Assembly: GCA_963727455.1 (NCBI GenBank)
Contig: CAVSGG010000005.1
Span: 512,001 to 576,000 of the forward strand
Direction: 5' to 3'
Length of the DNA: 64,000 nucleotides
Source: Candidatus Krumholzibacteriota bacterium
GTDB lineage: Bacteria > Krumholzibacteriota > Krumholzibacteriia > JAJRXK01
Part shown: positions 36,313 to 45,451 of the stretch, in pieces
How the letters are laid out: every line of letters starts with the position of its first letter
How positions within the stretch are numbered: the stretch's first letter is position 1
Made by a program: the position numbers and the translations under genes
Notes under the pieces: generated by a model
Databases searched by the model: none
What the model was told of the DNA's origin: nothing
Seen by the model: the letters and a program-made list of their open reading frames with translations, nothing else

Positions 36313-38181
36313 ATGTGTGGGATCGCCGGCGCTGCGTTCGGTCGCGAGGAATTCCTCGAGGACGGTGAGCTGCGCGAGCGCCTTCAGCGGATGAGTCGGG
36401 CCATCCGTCACCGTGGACCGGACGATGCCGGGATCGAGACCTTTGGCCGCTGCGGACTGGCGTTCGTTCGTCTCTCGATCATCGACCTCGAGGGCGGTCA
36501 CCAGCCCATGGCCAGCCCATCCGGGCGCTACACCGTCGTCTTCAATGGCGAAATTTACAACTTCCGCGAACTTCGCCGAGACCTCGAGTCCCGGGGCTGG
36601 CAATTCCGGACCAAGAGCGATACCGAAGTCCTGTTGGCGATGTACGAGGTCCATGGCGAAGACATGCTGGCACGGCTTAACGGCATGTTCGCCTTCATGA
36701 TCTATGATCGGGAACGAAATGTACTTTTCGGTGCCCGGGACCGCCTCGGAATCAAACCGCTCTTCTATGCACCGACGGAGGGGGGCATGGTCTTCGCCAG
36801 CGAACTTCCCTCCATTCGGGCGTGGGGCCTGCCGGCCGCAGAGATCGATCCGCAGGCTTTCTCGGACTATTTGAGCTATGGCTTCGTATGCTCACCCCGG
36901 ACCATCTATCGAAATGTGTATTCTCTGCCGCCTGGACACTCGATACGCCTCGAGGATGGCAAGATCGAGACTCAGCGCTACTGGCAAGTAATGCGCGACG
37001 ACAGCGTTCCGAGGAACATGGATGAAGCCGTCGATGCCCTCGAAGCACTCCTGGAATCCGCAGTCAGCCTGCGCACCGTCGCCGATGTTCCTCTCGGCGC
37101 TCTCTTGAGCGGGGGGATCGATTCCGGCCTCGTGACCGTCATGCTGGCCCGGTCCTCGTCGAGTGCAGTTCGCACCTTTTCCGTAGGTTTCGAGGAGGAA
37201 GGATTCGACGAGCTTCCCTGGGCGCGGCGGGTCGCGGAGATGTACGGAACGGAGCATACCGAAATCATGTGCCGTCCCTCGATTCGCGATCTGGTCGCCA
37301 AGCTCGCTGTCGGCTACGGACAGCCCTTCGGCGATTCGAGTGCAATTCCCTCGTTTCTGGTTTGTCAGGAGGCTCGTCGCCACGTGACGGTCGCCCTCAG
37401 TGGCGATGGTGGAGATGAAGTTTTCGCCGGATATCAGAGACACACAGAGATGGCTCGTTGGAGGCCCTCACCCTTGCGCCCAGGAGCTGCGCTGCTTTAT
37501 CAGCTTCTGCACCGGCTCTTGCCACCCATGACCAAGGGGATGAGTCGCATGCGACGGGCGGGCTTGTCAGAGCGGGAGCGACAGATAGATACGCTCGTCG
37601 TTCTAAGCGAAGGCTATAAAGAGTGGCTGGCGGGCCCACGACTTTTCCCGGCCTTAAGTCGAGAGACAAGTCTCGAACTGGCTCGTCGTGCGGGTGGACC
37701 CTTCGAAAGGGAAGGGGGGGTCCGACGATTTCAGCACCAGGATCTCGTCATGTACTTGCCGAACGATGTTCTTCAGAAAGTGGATCGCGCCAGCATGCTC
37801 AATTCCCTGGAGGTGCGCGTTCCACTCCTGGATCACCGTATCGTGGAATTCGGTCTCAATTTGGCAACGTCCCTTAAGAACGACGGAGCAAACGGCAAGC
37901 TGGTCCTCAGAGAACTCGGGAGAAAGGTTTTGCCAGAGGGACACCTCAAGAAGCCCAAGACCGGTTTCTCGGTTCCCATCGATCGTTGGCTTCGCGAGGA
38001 GCTGGATGATCTGGTCCAGGACTCCCTGGAACATTCCCATCTGGCAGAAGAGGGGTGGTTGAAGCAGACTTCACTACACCAGATCATGGATTCGCACCGG
38101 CAAGGGCGTTCAATGGCCAGCGCGTTGTGGTTCTTGATGATGGCGGAGCTCTGGTACCGGGATGCTCGCACATATCGGTAG
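36313..38181 (+). CDS. asnB: Asparagine synthase-like glutamine amidotransferase 2
   Basis: MCGIAG at 36313, HRGPDD, RLSIIDL, LSGGIDS, LSGDGGDE and KVDRASM..SLEVRVP. Confidence 0.95.
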   Translation: MCGIAGAAFGREEFLEDGELRERLQRMSRAIRHRGPDDAGIETFGRCGLAFVRLSIIDLEGGHQPMASPSGRYTVVFNGEIYNFRELRRDLESRGWQFRTKSDTEVLLAMYEVHGEDMLARLNGMFAFMIYDRERNVLFGARDRLGIKPLFYAPTEGGMVFASELPSIRAWGLPAAEIDPQAFSDYLSYGFVCSPRTIYRNVYSLPPGHSIRLEDGKIETQRYWQVMRDDSVPRNMDEAVDALEALLESAVSLRTVADVPLGALLSGGIDSGLVTVMLARSSSSAVRTFSVGFEEEGFDELPWARRVAEMYGTEHTEIMCRPSIRDLVAKLAVGYGQPFGDSSAIPSFLVCQEARRHVTVALSGDGGDEVFAGYQRHTEMARWRPSPLRPGAALLYQLLHRLLPPMTKGMSRMRRAGLSERERQIDTLVVLSEGYKEWLAGPRLFPALSRETSLELARRAGGPFEREGGVRRFQHQDLVMYLPNDVLQKVDRASMLNSLEVRVPLLDHRIVEFGLNLATSLKNDGANGKLVLRELGRKVLPEGHLKKPKTGFSVPIDRWLREELDDLVQDSLEHSHLAEEGWLKQTSLHQIMDSHRQGRSMASALWFLMMAELWYRDARTYR

Positions 38182-38193
38182 AGGAGTAGGTGA

Positions 38194-39033
38194 ATGGACG
38201 ACAGGCGGGTTTGTCCTTGCTGTGAAGGATCGATGGAGGCCTGGAAGAGCTGGCTTTGGGGATGTCCGAACTGCAGGTTTCTGAGTTCGACCCTAAGTCC
38301 TGGTGCGGGGGCTCCGATCGAAGGGGTTGAGGAACTTCGAAGGAGAAACTTTGCGAGTCTCCTCGATTGGGTGCAGAGACATAGAGAGCTCAAAGGAGCG
38401 CGGCTACTGGAGGTAGGATGTTCCACCGGGACTTTCTTACTTGAAGCTCGCTCCCGTGGATCCGAGGTGCGCGCGATCGAACCCGAGCTGAAGGCGGTTC
38501 TGAGAGCCCGTGAGTTGGGATTCGAAGTGGATCATGGGTTTTTCCCGACTGACCTCAGCTGTGAGGGGCCATTCGACATTGTCGTCTTCAACGATGTCTT
38601 CGAGCATCTGCCCAATCCACGAGAATCCCTGGCTGCAGCGCGTGACCTCATCACAAAGAGCGGCCTTTTCGTGTTGAATCTGCCGAGTTCCAATGGCGTG
38701 CTGTACCGCACGGCCGAAGTGCTCGATCGATTGGGAATATCAGGGGCACTTGAGCGGCTTTGGCAGCGTGGTCTGAGTTCTCCACATCTCAGCTACTTCA
38801 ATGGAGGGAATCTGCACGAGTTCCTGACGCGGAATTCCGATCTCGAGATCTTGGAGCACGGAAGCCTATTGACGATGAGTCGTAGCGGGCTGCTAGCGCG
38901 CATACAAAGTACTGTCAGTGGCCCGGCAAGTTGGTTCGTTTACGGGTGTTTGTATCTGTTGGTAGGATTGCTCGAGAAGATGCCTTCAGACATCCAGTTC
39001 GTTATCGCAAGACCTGCTGGAGATGGCCCCTGA
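38194..39033 (+). CDS. Class I SAM-dependent methyltransferase with N-terminal Zn-finger
   Basis: CPCC...CPNC, LLEVGCSTG, DVFEHLPNP and HLSYF. Confidence 0.88.
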   Translation: MDDRRVCPCCEGSMEAWKSWLWGCPNCRFLSSTLSPGAGAPIEGVEELRRRNFASLLDWVQRHRELKGARLLEVGCSTGTFLLEARSRGSEVRAIEPELKAVLRARELGFEVDHGFFPTDLSCEGPFDIVVFNDVFEHLPNPRESLAAARDLITKSGLFVLNLPSSNGVLYRTAEVLDRLGISGALERLWQRGLSSPHLSYFNGGNLHEFLTRNSDLEILEHGSLLTMSRSGLLARIQSTVSGPASWFVYGCLYLLVGLLEKMPSDIQFVIARPAGDGP

Positions 39034-39041
39034 CATTAGTT

Positions 39042-40043
39042 CTACTCCGTGGAGGCCGATGCTTGAGGTTGAGTTTCTTGGCCGAGCCAGGGCATGGCGA
39101 GATAGTGCAGCCTACGCGCCTCCAGCCTGCCGTGAGTGACCGTGTCGAGGATAAGTCCACAGGTAATACTGAGGGATGCGATCAATGCGATTCCGGTTGC
39201 TAGGATAGCAGTGGGGAAACGCGGGACGAGACCGGTTCTCAGAAATTCTGTGACGATCGGCCAACCCAGTCCTATCGAGACGAGGAAGAGGAGTATCCCC
39301 AGGCTGCCGAAGAATGCAAGGGGCCGTTCCTCCTTCACGAGAAAGAGAATGGTCCGGAGAATGACGAAGCCGTCACGGATGGTGTTTAGTTTACTGGCTG
39401 AGCCTTCCGGTCTCTCTTTATAGGGGGCGATCTGCTCGCGAGTTGGCATGTTCAACTCGAGTGCGTGCACGGTCAGTTCGGTCTCAATTTCAAAACCATG
39501 AGAAAGCGCCGGGAATGACTTCACGAACCGCCGGGAAAAAATCCTGTAACCGGAAAGCATGTCTCGAAGGCGATCTCCAAAGATAGCTCGCACGAGATTG
39601 GTCAAGACCACATTCCCGATCCTGTGACCAGTTCGGAAGGCCGCGGTGACGTTCTTTTCCCGGGCAACGTTCACCATGTCGAGCCGCTCATCGAGCAACA
39701 TTTCTATGAGACGAGGGGCCACGCCGGCATCGTAGGTATCATCTCCGTCCACGAGCACATAGATATCGGCTTCGACATCCGCAAACATGCGCCTGACAAC
39801 GTGACCCTTCCCTTGGAGAGTCTCATGACGCACGACTGCGGAGGCCTGCCTCGCGAACTCTACAGTATTATCACTCGAGTTGTTGTCGTAGACGTAGATC
39901 GTAGCGTAAGGCAGGACGGCACGGAAGTCGTAGACTACTTTCTGAATCGCAGCTTCCTCGTTATAGCACGGAATCAGCACAGCGATTCTGGGGGTACGTT
40001 CCACTATAGAGGCCTCTGACTGTCTAATAATGTGAACACCCAA
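39042..40043 (-). CDS. GT2 undecaprenyl-phosphate glycosyltransferase (GtrB/ArnC-like, two C-terminal TM helices)
   Basis: IPCYNEE, YDNNSSD, GKG, DGDDTY, DMLSGYR, FEIETE and SKLNT.RDG. Confidence 0.92.
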   Translation of the reverse strand: MGVHIIRQSEASIVERTPRIAVLIPCYNEEAAIQKVVYDFRAVLPYATIYVYDNNSSDNTVEFARQASAVVRHETLQGKGHVVRRMFADVEADIYVLVDGDDTYDAGVAPRLIEMLLDERLDMVNVAREKNVTAAFRTGHRIGNVVLTNLVRAIFGDRLRDMLSGYRIFSRRFVKSFPALSHGFEIETELTVHALELNMPTREQIAPYKERPEGSASKLNTIRDGFVILRTILFLVKEERPLAFFGSLGILLFLVSIGLGWPIVTEFLRTGLVPRFPTAILATGIALIASLSITCGLILDTVTHGRLEARRLHYLAMPWLGQETQPQASASTE

Positions 40044-40110
40044 CCGCGGCTATGCCGCACTGCCGTAAATCTCGATCCTGGAGATTGAATGGTCGAATTA
40101 ATAGTGTACT

Positions 40111-41634
40111 ATGAAGCCTTCAAATGTGTCCATCGTCATGCGACTCTCCTGTCGAGAGCAAGAGGTTGCCGAGATTATGATGACTGAAGGGCAGGCGCGC
40201 TCTCTATGGGGCTACTCGACCGTACACCCGCATCGGGCTTTGGCCGTAATTCTACTTCTTCATCTCCTTCTTGCCCTTCGCTTTGCGAGCGTGGGCTTGG
40301 ACATCGACGAGTTCGAGTTCGTACGCGAGCCCTATGAACTCCTGGGTGGGGATTACACGAAGGGGTATCTGAAGCAGAGGGAATTCGGGAAAGCGCTGGA
40401 CGTCGCTCGCCGCGCGTACTGGTTCTATTGGAAGTATCGACCTCTCAATGCACCGTTGGTCGCTCCGAAGGATCGCCGGACCTTCGCCGAAGAGGAGAGA
40501 GAATTTGGATACGTCGCGCCTACCAGGATTGCCAGAGACGACCCAGAAGCTGTTGCCAAGTACAAATCTCGATTAATCGTTCCCGAGCCTGACAGAATGT
40601 ATCGGCATGGAGCCGGTAAGCCACTTTTGCCTGCGCTATTGATGGTCCCCCAGTTGGGGCTAACTTCAGCAGTATTGGGCTCACCGAGGCGTCTACTGGA
40701 GATTCAGTTCTCAAGTGGCTACCACGCGGCCTTCATTCTCGTTCGCTTGGACTTTGTTCTAGCTGGGCTTCTGGCAGTTTTCTTGACATACTGGCTTCTG
40801 CAAGGCTTCGCCAGCCCAGGAGTGGCGTTGGTAGGGGCCGCAATTCTTGGCTTGAATCCAATCTCCGTAAGTTACTTTCCGAACATCCATCATGATGCGA
40901 TCATGGTGCCCTTTCTACTCGGAAGCATGGGCTTGCTTATCAGACGCAAACTCGTTCTTGGTGGAATCGCATTTGGCTTGGCCCTAGCAAGCAAGAACTC
41001 AGCGATACTTGTTGCTCCTGCAATGGCCTATCTCCTTCTGTCTGAAAAAGTCTGGTCGGGCGAAAGTTTGTCGTCGCACGCGAAGATAGTCGGATGCGCG
41101 AAGAGGATTTTGCTGTTCGCAGTAACTGCAATCGTGGTCTTGGTGCCATTCGCTAACCCAATCTCTTACACGAAAGAACTACTCACTCCGGTCAGTGGTC
41201 GAGCCTACGACTCTCGTGGTGAGAACATCGCCGGCTACTCGCTCGTCGAGCGGGGTGGGGATGCGGATGACTCGCAGTCGATTTCGCACTCCGTGGTGAG
41301 GCCGGAGATCGACTTTTTGCAGAGAGTCACTGGGTTCAAGTTTACTCTTTGGTTTCCTGCGCTTCTGGGTATGCTCTTAATGGCTCTCCACCTGCAAGAG
41401 ACAGGATCGCGGGCAGCCTGGATTTGGATGCTCGCGATCTTCCCTGCTGGCGCCGTCTTCAGCTACTCGATGAATTATAGGGCCCTCATGTTTCTGCCAC
41501 CATTCGCAATACTCGGAGCAACCTTGTTGCCGCGACGCTGGGCATGGTTACTAGTTCTTGCCCTTTGTTGCGCGAGCGTGGTCTATGCATGGGATCCAAT
41601 GACCGTGAATATCTACCACACTCCGGTGCGATAG
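40111..41634 (+). CDS. ArnT/PMT-like GT-C membrane glycosyltransferase
   Basis: TM1 followed by DIDE, 'HHD', GLALASKN and YRAL..LP. The start may be 40177. Confidence 0.7.
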   Translation: MKPSNVSIVMRLSCREQEVAEIMMTEGQARSLWGYSTVHPHRALAVILLLHLLLALRFASVGLDIDEFEFVREPYELLGGDYTKGYLKQREFGKALDVARRAYWFYWKYRPLNAPLVAPKDRRTFAEEEREFGYVAPTRIARDDPEAVAKYKSRLIVPEPDRMYRHGAGKPLLPALLMVPQLGLTSAVLGSPRRLLEIQFSSGYHAAFILVRLDFVLAGLLAVFLTYWLLQGFASPGVALVGAAILGLNPISVSYFPNIHHDAIMVPFLLGSMGLLIRRKLVLGGIAFGLALASKNSAILVAPAMAYLLLSEKVWSGESLSSHAKIVGCAKRILLFAVTAIVVLVPFANPISYTKELLTPVSGRAYDSRGENIAGYSLVERGGDADDSQSISHSVVRPEIDFLQRVTGFKFTLWFPALLGMLLMALHLQETGSRAAWIWMLAIFPAGAVFSYSMNYRALMFLPPFAILGATLLPRRWAWLLVLALCCASVVYAWDPMTVNIYHTPVR

Positions 41635-41636
41635 TA

Positions 41637-44045
41637 GTGTGGCGACGCATCGCTCGGATTAGCTTTCTGCTGGTTGCATGCATTCTGGGCCTCGTACTCC
41701 TTGCCCTCATACCCCTGACCATCGTGCTTCGCTCCAGTCTGCCCCGTCTCGAAGGCGAGTGTAGACTGGTTGGTCTACAACAAGTCGTGAGCGTGACCCG
41801 CGATTCTCTTGGCGTTCCGGAGATCGAAGCGCAGAATCGCATGGATGCAGCACGTGCCCTTGGCTTCCTCCACGCGCAGGACCGTTTTTTCCAGATGGAC
41901 CTCTTGCGGCGCAGCGCGGCGGGAGAACTGTCCGCGCTCTTGGGTCCAGCTCTCTTGCCAACGGATCATTCCCTGCGCCGGCACCGCTTTCGTGAGAGAG
42001 CCAAGCTGCTCGTATCTCGATGCCATGGACGCAATCACCAGATCCTCCTGGCCTACACTGAAGGCGTGAACGAGGGCCTGACCGCTCTGCGCGCGCGACC
42101 CTTCGAATATCTGCTGCTGCGCCAGAAACCCAAACCATGGCGTCCCGAGGACACCTATTTGACGCTGTACGCCATGTTCTTGGATCTGGGTCTCTCCGGA
42201 GCGCACGCCGAGGAGACTTACGAGAGCGTGAGGGAGATGCTCCCGCCAGCTCTCGCCACGATGCTCCTGCCGAGGGGCAATCGCTGGGACGCTCCTCTGG
42301 AGCGGGGAGAAATGGAAGGGGTGGTCCTTCCCGGCGCGAGCCAGGTGGATTTGCGTCACGACCAACGCTATGAAACCAGCAACGGCCCGATGGAAGAGCC
42401 TGCCCCGCCGGAGCCGGCCGGTTCGAACAACTGGGCCGTGGCGGGCTCGCTCACCGGGCACGGCGGAGCCCTGCTGGCCAACGATATGCATTTGGGACAC
42501 GCTCTCCCCAACATCTGGTATAGGGCTCTCATGAGTTGGCCCGAGGGCGGGGGAGTTCGCTCGGTGGTGGGAGTCACTCTGCCCGGCGCGCCGGCGCTGG
42601 TCGCAGGTAGCAACGGAGATGTGGCCTGGGGCTTCACCAACAGCCAGGGGGATTGGTGCGATCTCGTCCGGGTCGACCTCGCCGCGGACGACTCGAGCCT
42701 CTACCGCACGCCGACTGGCTGGAGACACCTACAGCCTTTCGCGGAGCGCTTTGAGGTCGCCGGTGCCGAGGCGGATACCAACTGGGTGGACGAGACCATC
42801 TGGGGCCCCATCTGGACGCACGACGACGAAGGACGTCCGCTCGCCCTGCACTGGACGGCCTATGACACGAGCGCGGTGAATCTGAAACTTATGGATTTGG
42901 AGTCAGTCACTAGCGTCGATTCCGTGGTGGCGATGGGCGCTTACCTGGGGATTCCCGAGCAGAACTTGGTCTGTGCCGACCGCAACGGGCGCATCGCCTG
43001 GACGTTGGCCGGAGCCATCCCCGAACGGATCGGTTTCAGCGGTCGTTTTCCTCGCTCCTGGGCCGACGGCAGTTGCCGTTGGGAGGGGTACTGTGATGCG
43101 CAAACTCAACCCAAACTGCTCGACCCTCCCGAGGGACGACTGTGGACGGCCAACAACCGGGTGACCGTAGGCAAAGACCTCGATCGGATCGGGAACGGGG
43201 GCTACGCGCTGGGCGCGCGCGCCACACAGATCCGCGACGACCTGCGCGCATTGAACCATCCGGTGGAGAAAGACATGCTGGCGATCCAACTGGATGACCG
43301 GGCCGACTTCATGGGCCAGTGGCGAGAGCTTTTTCTCGGAGTTCTGCAACGAACACATCCCGGACTGAATGAGCCGAGGGCGGAGTTCGCAAGGATCGTG
43401 CGCGACAATTGGTCGGGCCGCGCGGACACGGAGTCAGTGGCATATCGCTTGGTGCGCGAGACCACCGAGCGCTGCGTGGCGGAGATCTACGCCATGCTCA
43501 CCGCACCCTGTCGCGAGGCGAATCCGAACTTCCGATCCTCATGGCTACCCTTCCGTCACGCAGTGTGCTGGAAGCTGCTGAAAGAACAGCCGTCGAATCT
43601 CCTCACGGACCGTTACGCGAGTTGGGATGCCCTTGCGCTCACCGCCATCGATCATGTTATCGAAGAGGCCGTCGCCGATGGCCGCGCACTCGAGGATTAC
43701 CGCTGGGGAGAACGCAACATGGTGGACATCGCCCATCCCTTCTGCCGTCTCTTTCCCTGGCTCAGACGCTGGCTCTCGCTTCCCAGGCGCGCTCTGCCGG
43801 GAGACTCCTGGATGCCGCGCGTACAACATCCACGGCGGGGGGCGAGCGAAAGGCTGGTGGTTTCTCCGGGACGCGAGGAGCAAGGCATTTTCGAGATGCC
43901 GGGGGGACAGAGCGGTCATCCGCTCTCGCCCTTCTTCAGGGCCGGTACGCGGGCCTGGGAGGAGGGCAAAGCCACGCCGCTACTCCCCGGGCCCGCAAAA
44001 TACCGGCTCGTCCTCAGGCCCCCGCAATTAGAGGACAGAGACTAG
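41637..44045 (+). CDS. Penicillin acylase family Ntn-hydrolase (membrane-anchored)
   Basis: RDSLGVPEI, GFLHAQDRFFQMDLLRR, GSNNWAV (nucleophile Ser), LANDMHL, TANNR and PGGQSGHPLSP. Confidence 0.93.
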   Translation: MWRRIARISFLLVACILGLVLLALIPLTIVLRSSLPRLEGECRLVGLQQVVSVTRDSLGVPEIEAQNRMDAARALGFLHAQDRFFQMDLLRRSAAGELSALLGPALLPTDHSLRRHRFRERAKLLVSRCHGRNHQILLAYTEGVNEGLTALRARPFEYLLLRQKPKPWRPEDTYLTLYAMFLDLGLSGAHAEETYESVREMLPPALATMLLPRGNRWDAPLERGEMEGVVLPGASQVDLRHDQRYETSNGPMEEPAPPEPAGSNNWAVAGSLTGHGGALLANDMHLGHALPNIWYRALMSWPEGGGVRSVVGVTLPGAPALVAGSNGDVAWGFTNSQGDWCDLVRVDLAADDSSLYRTPTGWRHLQPFAERFEVAGAEADTNWVDETIWGPIWTHDDEGRPLALHWTAYDTSAVNLKLMDLESVTSVDSVVAMGAYLGIPEQNLVCADRNGRIAWTLAGAIPERIGFSGRFPRSWADGSCRWEGYCDAQTQPKLLDPPEGRLWTANNRVTVGKDLDRIGNGGYALGARATQIRDDLRALNHPVEKDMLAIQLDDRADFMGQWRELFLGVLQRTHPGLNEPRAEFARIVRDNWSGRADTESVAYRLVRETTERCVAEIYAMLTAPCREANPNFRSSWLPFRHAVCWKLLKEQPSNLLTDRYASWDALALTAIDHVIEEAVADGRALEDYRWGERNMVDIAHPFCRLFPWLRRWLSLPRRALPGDSWMPRVQHPRRGASERLVVSPGREEQGIFEMPGGQSGHPLSPFFRAGTRAWEEGKATPLLPGPAKYRLVLRPPQLEDRD

Positions 44046-44123
44046 GCCAGAGGGCCCATCCGCCGCCGCCGTGCGGCTTCGCCCTCAAAGCCGCCCCTCG
44101 CGAGATTTCTCGGGGCCGCTAGA

Positions 44124-44153
44124 TTGCTTGCGATGGGGCAAGAGTGCTATACT
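44124..44153 (+). promoter_or_regulatory. Putative sigma70 promoter (TTGCTT-N18-TATACT, extended -10)
   Basis: TTGCTT at 44124-44129 and TG-c-TATACT at 44145-44153. Confidence 0.55.
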
Positions 44154-44306
44154 GATTCTCCTGGCGGGGATCCCAGTAGAAAAAGGCTTTAGAGCCACAC
44201 CATGCGACGTTTGCGGCAGCATCTCCGTCTCTTCCGAACATGCGGAAAGGGCTCCCATCCTCTCCGAGAGTTGCGCGTCGTTCCTTTCGAATCTTCGAGG
44301 TGATCC

Positions 44307-45440
44307 ATGGATCTGTCCGTGATCCTCACTTACCGCTGTGACTCGCGCTGCTCGATGTGCAACATCTGGCAGAATCCGACGCGGACCAGTAGCGAAGTGA
44401 CCCTCGAAACTCTGGAACAGCTCCCGGGCGGCTTCGACCACCTGAACCTCACTGGGGGCGAGCCGACCCTCCGCAAGGACCTCGCAGAGATCGTCGATGT
44501 CCTCTCGCCCAAGGCATGCACGACGGAAATTTCGACCAACGGCCTTCATCCGGACAAGTTGGTTCCCATCGTGAAGCGCCATCCCAACATCAAGATCCGC
44601 ATCAGCGTGGAGGGCTTCGAGGCCACGAACAATTGCATCCGCGGCGAGAAAGAGGGCTTCACCAAGAAGATGGAGTGCATGGATGCCCTGATCGAAGCGG
44701 GAGGAAGGGACCTGGGCTTCGCCACCACCTTCCAGGACGAAAACGTGGACGAAATCGTGGACCTCTACGTCATGAGCCGCGACAAAAAAGTTGAATTTGC
44801 GACCTCCGCGCTGCACAACGGCTTCCAGTTCCACAAGGACGACAACGTTCCCTACGATCGCCGGGCCATCGCAGCGAGGGTGGAGGATCTGGTCAGCGAG
44901 ATGATGAAGGCCTGGGATGCGAAGACACTGTTCCGCGCCTACTTGAACCTCGGTCTCATTGCGAAAGTCCTCGGACACGACCGGCTCATCCCGTGTACGG
45001 CAGGTAGCATGTTCGCCTTCATCGACCCCTGGAGCGACGTCTACGCCTGCAACGTTCGCCCTGATCTCAAAATGGGCAACCTCCTCGAGGCCAACTGGAA
45101 GGAGATCATGAACTCGCCGCTGGCCAAGGAGCAGCGGCAGAAAGTTGCGGCCTGTACCCAGAACTGTTGGATGGTGGCTTCGGCCAAGACCGCGATGCGG
45201 AACGAGCACTACGCGAAACTCCCGCGGATGAAGCCACTGCTCTGGGTGATGCGAAACAAGGTGCGGAGCATCCTGGGAATTCGCATTCCGTTCGAGAAGT
45301 ACGTCGACTATTCCATCGTGCATCAGGACGAGAACATCGTGCGGCGCGAAAGCTATCTGGGGAAACGTCAGAAGGCAGTCATGCAGCCCGACGAGAGCCG
45401 GCAGTACGGCCAGTTTGAAAACGGTTTCTTCAATCGCTAG
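44307..45440 (+). CDS. Radical SAM protein with SPASM/twitch domain
   Basis: CDSRCSMC (CX3CX2C), TGGEP, STNG, and C-terminal PCTAG...VYAC...MGNL...CTQNC. Confidence 0.92.
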   Translation: MDLSVILTYRCDSRCSMCNIWQNPTRTSSEVTLETLEQLPGGFDHLNLTGGEPTLRKDLAEIVDVLSPKACTTEISTNGLHPDKLVPIVKRHPNIKIRISVEGFEATNNCIRGEKEGFTKKMECMDALIEAGGRDLGFATTFQDENVDEIVDLYVMSRDKKVEFATSALHNGFQFHKDDNVPYDRRAIAARVEDLVSEMMKAWDAKTLFRAYLNLGLIAKVLGHDRLIPCTAGSMFAFIDPWSDVYACNVRPDLKMGNLLEANWKEIMNSPLAKEQRQKVAACTQNCWMVASAKTAMRNEHYAKLPRMKPLLWVMRNKVRSILGIRIPFEKYVDYSIVHQDENIVRRESYLGKRQKAVMQPDESRQYGQFENGFFNR

Positions 45441-45451
45441 GGGTCTCGCGG

